Positions 55,206 through 64,000 of a stretch of 64,000 nt of DNA are shown piece after piece. This stretch comes from Laetmonice hystrix. Lineage: Eukaryota. Under the pieces are notes generated by a model. It was not told the DNA's origin and ran no database searches. It saw nothing but the letters and a program-made list of their open reading frames with translations. Location of the stretch: contig OZ249436.1 of the NCBI GenBank assembly GCA_965235115.1, positions 37,512,001 through 37,576,000 on the forward strand, written 5' to 3'. Within the stretch, counting starts at the first letter, position 1. Every line of letters starts with the position of its first letter. Made by a program: the position numbers and the translations under genes.

Positions 55206-55369
55206 GGTATTGTGCCTTGGAGTGTGGTACGAGGGCTGGAATGGTGTTACAATTGGTGCTTGGAGTTGTGTATGACGGCCTGGATTCGGGTTGATTTGGC
55301 TAGGGGGGGGGGATTAGTTCTGGGAGTTGGGTATTCAGGCTCGGGGTGGCGTTACGGTGGTTTGAAGAG

Positions 55370-55498
55370 CAGGACCGTAGCCTGCCCCAGGGGGGCAGCG
55401 TGCGTTATTGCGCCGGTCGAGCGGGCGTCTGGGTTACAAAAAATTGAAAGCCCAGGGGGGCAGTTGCCCCCCCCCCCCCCCCGCAGGCTACGGCCCTG
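55370..55498. mobile_element. Short CAGG-terminated MITE (129 bp)
   Basis: TIRs CAGGACCGTAGCCTG / CAGGCTACGGCCCTG (1 mismatch); G/C-run interior; TSD not evident. Confidence 0.6.
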
Positions 55499-56746
55499 AC
55501 ATTAAGCATGTAGGTCTATCAAGGCTCCATGTGATAGTTCGACACCAGGAAATTGTAGGCCTATATTCGTGTTCTCAGAATATAGGGAAATGAACTTTTC
55601 TTTCAGTGCTTTCTGGTGCTTTGCAGCTTGGGAGATTGCAGGCATTTCATTGCGCCCATACTTTCCTAAAAGCCAACCCTGATGGCTAAATATACGTTGG
55701 CCTATAGATCCACAGGGACCTGCTCGATGTTTCATGCAGGAAAAGCTACGCTACTTCCATTTCTTCACATTTAGTCGCAAAACAGAAGACCCAACAATAG
55801 AGCTTCTAACAATAGTCTACCACGGCGACTGGTACACTTACATGTATTTGCAAATTAAATAGGTATCAAGTGACGTCATGCACACGTGACTGCAATGTGG
55901 CTGAATGGTTTTCAAAATATCTGTTTATGTTCATTGACATTAAAACAACGTAAAATGTCTATCAGAATTAGGTTTTAATCTTTACCAAAGACCTGTAGTA
56001 CTTGAATACTTTTAATTTCGATGGAACTTTGTTTTTATCCTAGCAGAACGTTGGGTGTGGGCCTATGTGCACACCCGTTCTGTGGTTCTCGACCCGGGGG
56101 GATATATAAAGCAATTAGCAACACAGTATAAATGTCTAGGGAAAGGCGAGACTCGGGTCTCCACGTTCGGTCGTAGTCTGGAAACAGACGCTGTTGAAAT
56201 CCTGACAGTACGAAGAGGTCGGCCCGGTTGGTGTGTCCACGAGGTCCATACCAGTTGACTCTCAATGGGCTATCGTGTGTCTCCAGATGCCAGATACGAA
56301 CGTTAGGACTTGCACCCTGTCGAGTCAAACCAATCCCAGATTTTTAGTTGTTCTCAATTTTTCTTGTCCTCAACTCCCATTCATCAGCATTTGGAAGGGG
56401 CTGAATGAACAGGATTCTTGAATATAAACAGGGTCATGGTTGAATGTGCAATATAATGTAGGCCCTATCCTGAATTAAAATATGTGGCCTATCACCAAAA
56501 CGATGTCTACATAGCGCATCTATGATATCAGGTATCATTGCCTTAAAGGAAATCTGGTAGAAAATTGAAATAAACGCAGTCAATTCAACAAAACTTTGAG
56601 TAAAAACCATTATTTTAAGGGGTTTCTAGCAGTCTGGTACCATGGCGGGTCCATATCGACAATATTTTTAATTAATTAATTAAGCGTTTACCTATTTGGC
56701 TAGAGACGAAAGCACGCGAATCAAATCATGCCCTTATGTGGATTAT

Positions 56747-56841
56747 GGGGGAGGGCGGGCGGAGCAATGCGAGGCAACGCATGCGCCCAATCCCGTTGCT
56801 TAGTAACGACCGCCCTAACAATGCTAACGCGGTCATGGCGG
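56747..56841. promoter_or_regulatory. Promoter-like motif cluster of an unidentified gene downstream of CNTLN
   Basis: Within ~95 bp: GC boxes (GGGCGG x2), NRF1-like ACGCATGCGC (56777-56786), CCAAT (56787-56791), X-box GTTGCTTAGTAAC (56795-56807), YY1-like CATGGCGG (56834-56841). Confidence 0.55.
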
Positions 56842-56896
56842 TCGTTCTACGTTCTCAGTCCATTGAGATGAAAAATATGGGATGTATCGCCTCGAA

Positions 56897-57117
56897 TGTT
56901 TGCTCGAGTATAAAGCCAGTCAGTCAATGTGGGCAGCCCTCACGGTAGTGTTTGCTCCAGTCTGAGGCCAGTCAATACATGTAGAAAGCCCTCACCTCAC
57001 TTTAGTGTTCGCTAGAGTATAAGGCCAGTGAGTACATGTGGTGAGCCCTCACTGTAGTGTTTGCTCGGGTATAAGGCCAGACAGTACATGTTGGGAGCCC
57101 TCACTGTAGTGTTTGCC
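56897..57117. repeat. Degenerate ~52-bp tandem repeat, ~4 copies
   Basis: Consensus TGTTTGCTCGAGTATAAGGCCAGTCAGTACATGTGG-GAGCCCTCACTGTAG. Confidence 0.85.
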
Positions 57118-57821
57118 GATTAAGATGTAAATTTCTGGCTTAGCATTGCAGAATCCTTTCTCTCCGGGAAGCGCCGCAGGTGCCCGGTAGCCCGGTCATG
57201 TATGTGGTGATTCCGTCGGAAGCCGGAAGGTGGCAGAGCCCGGCCAGGTGATTCCATCGTAAGGCGGAAGGTGGCACTGCAGTCAGACGCGCCGCTTTAG
57301 TACAGCACAGCGGCGTTTGGCTGCAACATCTCTCTAAAATTCATGCTTGGGGATGGGATATCTCATGTAGAAAAGGCGTAGGGCCATTTCATTTGCCATT
57401 GCTAATTAAACCTTTACGACAAATTGCCATTGGGACTACTTTCACAACGTGGTCGCACGCTTACAGACGGTCTGTAGGGGAAAGAGATCAGGCATAGATG
57501 GTAGGAAATGATCGACCAAACGTATCGCCTGCCTCCTGGGTAGTAATGGCATGGAAACATGAAATGAGGTGACATTAATAAATATGGTCTATGTGTACAA
57601 AACGAGAAGGTTTTATACCAACAATCCCCACGTTTCTGTCAGCTGTGAGAAGCCGAGAGTGTGTGCCAACTTGACATTTGTCCTATGTGTGTCATTGCTA
57701 CCTTCTTCAGTGTGCACAAATATGCTTGTACTGGCCAGGGAATGATTTAAAACGCTAAATACATCTGTTTTGCATAATATTGGGTCCTTATTGCAAAGTT
57801 TGTATGCATATCTGGTATTGT

Positions 57822-59131
57822 AATTATCCCATCCCCCTGTAGGGGGATGGGATCTTGAAATTGTATGGTCTTTGCGTTGTAGTAGTACATGTACTAGTAG
57901 TTAACAGTACGTCTATCTCAGTCAGTTTTCAAGATATCTCCCTCAAACTTGGTAGGCATGTTGACCATGACGAAGTCTCCTCAGACAATTAGTCATGATG
58001 TCACGTGACGTGACGTCAAATTTTTGGGACATTGGGGACCATTTTTAAAGTTCGTATTGGGAATTTACAATATCTATCAAGGCGTTTTGATTAGGCAAGG
58101 GTCTTGCCAAAGACTGACCCTTCGTTTGACCTTTGACCTTTGACGTTAGGGAGAACTGGGTCCCAGATCGTAAATCGGTTAAATCCCTACTTCTTCTTCA
58201 TTTTTTGATAAAACTTGACAATATTTGGCAGAAGGACTCTGTGACAAGAGCTTCTCAATAGTAATCCAAGGATAAGCGATTAGACCGATTTTCGCGGAGT
58301 CACGTGACATTGAACTTTTGAACTTTTAAAATTAAGCCTTCATTTGACCTTTGACCTTTGGGAGAAATGGGCCTCACCTTAGAAATTGGTTAAATCGCTT
58401 CTTCTTCTTCTTCTTCTTCTGCTTCTTCTTCTGCTTCTTCTTCTGCTTCTTCGTCTTCATTTTTTGGTATAATTTGACAATATTGGACAGGAACAGTCTC
58501 TAACAAGAGCTTTAATAGAATCATCCAGGGATAAGCGATTTGACCTATATTTGCTGAATCACATGATCTTGAAGTTTTCAACAGTGGTCAGTTTAGCTAT
58601 CTATGGCTACAACTTCTAAACAGTGCCAGATAGGGCCATAGTTACTATTGAAGACGAATAGGAAGTCCTATATGCTCTTTCATTTGGCACCATTATTTTT
58701 CAGGTCATGTGACCTATGACGTCATAACGATGTCATCCATTTTTTCTGAACGATATAACTTGTAATTGGTTGAAGTTAGAGCCATGGTTACTATTAGACA
58801 CTAATGGGAAGTCATATACTCTTTCATTTGGGACCATTATTTTTTAGGTCACGTGACCTATGACGTCATAACGATGTCATCCATATTTTCTGAGGGATAT
58901 AACTTGTTAATGGTTGAGGTTAGAACCAGCGTTAGGCCTACTATTAAACACTAATAGGAAGTTACATAGGGCCCTATGCTCTTTCATTTGTCAAAATGAC
59001 ATCATTTGCATCTTCTAAGGCTTATAAGTGGTCACGGGTGCATGATAGCACCATTGTTATGGCTTCTCTTAGCATGTTGGACGGGACACCCCGGGGATGG
59101 GATCCATTGTGGTATCACCACAACGTATCTT
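57822..59131 (+). mobile_element. Second HINE-like non-autonomous rolling-circle element, ~1.3 kb
   Basis: 5' hairpin ATCCCATCCCCCT-gt-AGGGGGATGGGAT (57826-57853); degenerate (GTA)n; internal duplicated blocks; 3' subterminal GGGGATGGGAT (59093-59103); hairpin TTGTGGT-atc-ACCACAA (59107-59123); T-run end. Shares GTTACTATT and GGAAGTC motifs with the first HINE. Confidence 0.75.
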
Positions 59132-60074
59132 TTGTCCATAAAAGTTAATTCCAAATCTCAAGTACGGAAGATCAGTGCGTAAAAGAACTCCTATATCATA
59201 CACACCTCTAAAAGGCGTCCTCCCAACACTGACATAATAGGCCTCTTTAGATATTCTGTCTCGAAGTGTGCCTCTGTCTAAGAAGAAACCATTCGTGGTG
59301 TTCAGAAACCTCGAGTCACTATAATTATATACAAAACCAGGCCATCCACAAATAGAAAAGTTTAGAAGAGCAGATCAATCAAACACGAATCTTGCAATTC
59401 TTTTTGTTCTAGACTATTATTCTGACCATACCTTGGGGAACCCGACATTTCTGAATTCCGCTCCTCCCTAAAGGAGCGGAATTCTGAAATGTCGGGTTTT
59501 CAGTTTAATACAACGATCCGATAGATTGCCCCTCTTCTCTTTCATTTGGAATGGGAATCTATTTTTTCTTCTGCATTTTTTTCAACATCTTGCACGGTGG
59601 TGTGTCATTTAGGTAGTTGTAAGGCAATACTCATGACTCCGTGAGTTTCTGAGATATCTTGATGAAATTTGGAGAGGAGATGCCCACCTATGTGCACCTC
59701 AGCAAATCAAGCAATAATTAGGAAAATAGATTGTCCGAAATTTATATCGTTTAAAATAGCAGGAACTTTGGCAGATATGGGTAATTGGTCGTATAGAGAT
59801 CTGTGTGTATCCTTCGCACAAATGGCCTCCCGTCAGTCCATCGACAGCCAGCTGTGTGTCAGCTATGTGCCGCTAGGTGGCAACTCCACGATAGAGGCGC
59901 CTTGAGAGGTATATGTTGATCTCATATCTTTGTCTATCCCTTTATTCGTCTAGAATAAATTAATTCCAAATGTACAGTACGGAAGATGTGCTCTCTCTAA
60001 CCAATATGCCTATGCACTGTTAGGTACAAGTATACTGCAGTCGCCTTTGCTTTTATCCTTTGTTTTTTATCTGC

Positions 60075-60296
60075 GTCCGTCCGTCTGTTCTGTCTGCCTG
60101 TCTGCCTGTCTGCCCATGTCTCTTTCCGTATCTCTCTGTCTCTCTGTCTCTCTCTGTCTCTCTGTCTCTCTGTCTCTCTGTCTCTCTCTCTCTCTCCCTC
60201 CCTCCCTCCCTCCCTCCCTCCCTCCCTCCCTCCCTCCCTCCCTCCCTCCCTCCCTCCCTCCCTCCCTCCCTCCCTTCCTCTCTCTCTCTCTCTGTC
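60075..60296. repeat. Compound pyrimidine microsatellite (GTCY/CTGT/CT/CCCT)
   Basis: Directly visible; source of the REGG/PPSL ORFs. Confidence 0.95.
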
Positions 60297-60504
60297 TTCC
60301 AAGAATCATAGCCATTGAAACCGGTATACGACAGGTTAGGCTTACAAGGCGATATTCTACCAAATATGATTGGCATCTGGAGATGAATTTGCAAACATGC
60401 AGGTAGCTATTGCGGAAATAGTTGGAATGTTTCTAACATAAGATGTAATTGGCTCCCTTTAACTCTTTTGAGAACAGAATCGCGTTAGACTGGGGCAGGG
60501 GGTT

Positions 60505-61929
60505 CAGGCCCGTAGCCAGAACATTCTGTGGGGGGTGACCGCTCGGAAAATGTGGACCTCTACGTGCCCAGTCGGAGAAAAGTTATATATTAATCAAATA
60601 CCAGTGGGCATGCACCCCCCCCCCCCTCCCCCACACCCCCAACACAGGACTATACAACTTTTCTCTTTCGGTGGGGGAAAAATAAATCTAAGTTTTTTTT
60701 CTAAAGTATTAGAGATGGGCAATCATATTGGTCAGCTGAGGATGTGGTGATCTGCCTCGAGTGAAGAGGTTGCAACTGAGGTTGAAGAGATTTTTCAACC
60801 TTGACTCCTTGTTAAATAAAGTTTTTCGTAAAAGTTGGTTTTCTGTCTATGCAGGCTCGTAGGCTAGTCTGAAAATGGGTCGGTTATACCTATCGCAAAA
60901 TGACTAATGAGTTCCATAAATTTGCATGGGGTGGATCCTGAGCTGTTTCTTCACCACTGATATTGAAACTGGTTTCCGATACCAGTGGTGCCAACGTTTG
61001 AGAATGTGAAATGCAGCGGCAAAACCACTGTATACATACGGAGTGCCATACGCGCGAAGCGTTTTTAGGGGGGTCCGGAGGCATGCTCCCCCTGAAAATT
61101 TTTTAAAACTAGGAGTGAAATGGTGCATTCTGGGGGCATTTTGGCCATATTTCAGAAATCTTAGAGCAATTACTGAGGCACATTATACAAAGACTCTCTT
61201 TCAATTTGGGCAGATGATTACCTGAACATATGCTATTCCAACCCAAAATCTGCCTTACAGATTTGATGAATCGGGTATTATGGAGTCCGGTCCAGTAGCG
61301 GAAATAGGATGGGGCTGGGGTGTGGCTGCCCTCCATGACTGACCTGATATCCCAACCGGATTTTAGATAGGCCTATAATCTGCAAATGCCAGAAGCAAGG
61401 AACTTGGGTTGCTAAGGGCCCCTTTTTTCCTTCGCCTGACAATTATTTTTGGGTTGGGGCCCCCTTCATTGGGAAGACACCCTCCAGGTGGTTCTCGCCC
61501 CTTATGAGATAACAGTGTAGTTCTGCCCCTGGTCAGGTCATATTGAATATGGGCGTGGTAGGGGGGTCTGCATCTGAGGCCCGGGCCATGTTCCCCCAGA
61601 AAAAAAAAGAGATATTGGAGGCCTAACAAACATACATCTGGGTATTTTGTTCAGTAGGCGGGGCATATTTTGCCCCCCCCCACCCCCCAACGGTCCCGCG
61701 CCCCTGGGCAGACCTTTTTATCTTGACTAGGCGGACCATGGCTGGCTCTGCGGGTAGGTTACGAGTAACCCAAGTAACTCCCCAAGGCTAGCCTGCTATG
61801 ATTATGTTACATTGGGGTCCTGTTTTTTTTTAACACAGGCCCCCCCCAAAAAAAAAATCCGGACCTGCCACTGCGTGGGGGGGGGGGGGGTGACGCGTAC
61901 CCCACGTCACCCCCCTGGCTACGAGCCTG
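60505..61929. mobile_element. hAT-like non-autonomous element with 5-bp TSD, probably containing nested MITE fragments
   Basis: TIRs CAGGCCCGTAGCCAG / CTGGCTACGAGCCTG; GGGTT on both flanks (60500-60504, 61930-61934); internal GGGGGTCCGGAGGCATGCTCCCCCTGAAAATTTT block; possible nested CAGT..ACTG element at ~61293-61873. Confidence 0.7.
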
Positions 61930-64000
61930 GGGTTGGAAATAGGTCTAGATGCATTTGACCACCTATGTATATACGTGAGCTTAGTATGCACCAATTAATA
62001 ATAGGGGACCTCATTTTTAGCATCTCAATTCAGGGACTCGATCGGGAATCAACCGGGCAGTCGGGGTTCGACAGCATTGCAGACTTATCTTTTTCAAAGT
62101 AAAACATGGAATATTCAGCCCCGCCAATTTCAGGATTTTCGTTTTTTTTTAATTAGAGATAGTCATTGTTTAAACTCTCGTAATAATTTTTCTTTACGCA
62201 AAATGGTGGCATTTCATCACAAATTATAATCAAAAAGGTGGGCTGAAATTAGACATGATATTGTGTCCGTGCAATATAATATGCTGATGGATGGAAACAA
62301 GGCCTTGACAACCTTGAACTTGCAACGTGGTACGGACACCAAAGCGTATCGTGGCACCAAAAGGTGTGTTTACATTCCTTGGACAAGCAGTCTAATCAGA
62401 TTGGCTCTTGAGAACGCTGTGTGGTATGAAAGAGTTATTTGAAGTTCAGCTGTGCTCATTCGAGAGGCGACTGTACACGTGTGCGAATGAAATGTTGAAA
62501 GCAAGGAATTGCGGCAGAGAATTATCGGCATGGTACGTAAAAATGTTGACTGGATAAAAAGGAAATATAATCATCGGTTACTCGATAGGTAGAAGGGGAA
62601 AGCGCGAAAACATGCTTGCGTAAATTTCGGTTCTTATCTTAAACAATTGAAAATGTTTGTGCAACCGTGTGAAAATTTCAAATGAATTGGGAAGTCTTGC
62701 TTACTCATTTATGACCAACTCAGGATTTGCAGATTTAGAAATCTATCTATGGGGGTTGGTCTTGGAGAATTCCACTGGATTTAGTTGAATCTGCACGACT
62801 GCGTACACTACTGGATAAATTTGAACGGCCCAATTCTTTTCCAGTTCCTAGTTTATTCTGAGTTAGGGTACCAGTTTAACTAAGTCTGAAATTTATTTAT
62901 TCTATTTATTGCAGACTTTCCTGAGTCGAACGGCTCTGGTGTATTGGCTGCTGTGATATGCACTACTAAACTGCCCAGCCTCCAGTCATATATCACTACA
63001 GTAAGTCGTGCAGAATACACACTTATGAGGCGCTTTAAGTATACACACCAACCAACCCAAAAATACAGTTCTATAGTCTTTCAGGTATTATCCGCAAACT
63101 TGAGACATTATATGCGTACTTGTTTATTCTGTCCGAATTGGTGAATGTTACAAAACATACCGAGTATACAATGCGCTTCTTTGCACTTGCTTTCCTTACA
63201 TTCGTACATTGCAAGATAACGCCACCTGCCTAGTTGTATTCTTGCTTTGGTTGATGAGTCTATTTAATATGCCTTATTCAGTACTATATATTGATTTTTT
63301 CTATTAACATTACGCCTCCTTGCTTGACAAATTGTAACCGATGGTCACTAGCAACGCCATGTGGTTTTACAGCCCTGTACAACTCTCGGGAAGCTGTTCG
63401 TGAATTAATATGCCCCTAGCTACAGGGGTGTTTTTGGGGCCCTTCAGCTTTCAAAATGTCCAGTGAAGTTCCATGCTGACAAATTAATATACAGGTGGCG
63501 CTAGCAGTCTGTAACTACGTATTGCAGTCGTAAATTATAGGGGAAAAATCAAGGATGGGAATTAGCCTATCTCCCGGAATTCAGCGTAACATTCCCTGTA
63601 ACATCGGGATATGAACCGGGTTATAATTGTAATTTTGTTGTATTTTAATTTTGGTCTTATTTGTAGTTTCAAGGCCAAAAACATTTTTAGGTACAAAATA
63701 CTGTATTGTAATATTTCTTTTTCTGCGAGTCTTCAAAACTTAACTTCGGTTTTGGATTTTCAGGGATTTTTCCTGGATCATCTCCTCGCTCTCCGTGCAG
63801 TTATTTGCAGAAGGGCTTCAGGGTTATCGCACAAGATGTACTTGATGATAAATGTACATTAAGGTAAGAATTTACTTATAATTCAAATCTGTCATATAGG
63901 GTGTTCAAAATAGGTTGTATGGCGACTATGCCGTCATCCGTTGTGGATTGACCATGCCACTGCACAGCCACTGTAACGTGGCTAAAGATATTGCACAGTC

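Noticed and set aside
54598..56421. Minus-strand ORFs at 54598-54855 and 56035-56328 as exons of a convergent gene
   Set aside because: No recognisable domain and no phase-consistent exon chain could be built; cannot be supported without transcript data.
59997..60406. REGG/PPSL low-complexity ORFs
   Set aside because: Compound microsatellite.
54148..64000. SH3GL2/endophilin A (human neighbour of CNTLN)
   Set aside because: No MSxAGLKKQF-like first exon or BAR-domain exon was recognised.

Overview
Eukaryotic DNA, most likely from an invertebrate bilaterian; the six-frame ORF track is almost entirely uninformative because the real genes are spliced. Reading splice sites by hand gives two divergently oriented genes. 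(1) On the minus strand is the 5' part of a basonuclin (BNC1/BNC2/disco-family) gene: a diagnostic 103-nt exon at 3472-3574 ([34 protein letters not shown]) and a probable first coding exon at 30418-30468, separated by a ~26.8-kb intron rich in regulatory-looking motifs. The rest of this gene lies left of the window. (2) On the plus strand is a complete 34-coding-exon centlein (CNTLN) gene, 36937-54147, ~1273 aa. This head-to-head BNC/CNTLN arrangement matches human BNC2-CNTLN at 9p22 and points to ancient microsynteny or a genomic regulatory block. The remainder comprises non-autonomous transposons (two Helentron-associated HINE-like elements, one nested in a 5-bp-TSD MITE; Kolobok-, Tc1/mariner- and hAT-like MITEs; SINE remnants), mini- and microsatellites, CTCF- and RFX-like motifs, a promoter-like cluster at ~56.8 kb and possible non-coding exons at 62.9-63.9 kb. 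I found no prokaryotic features, CRISPR array or intact transposase.
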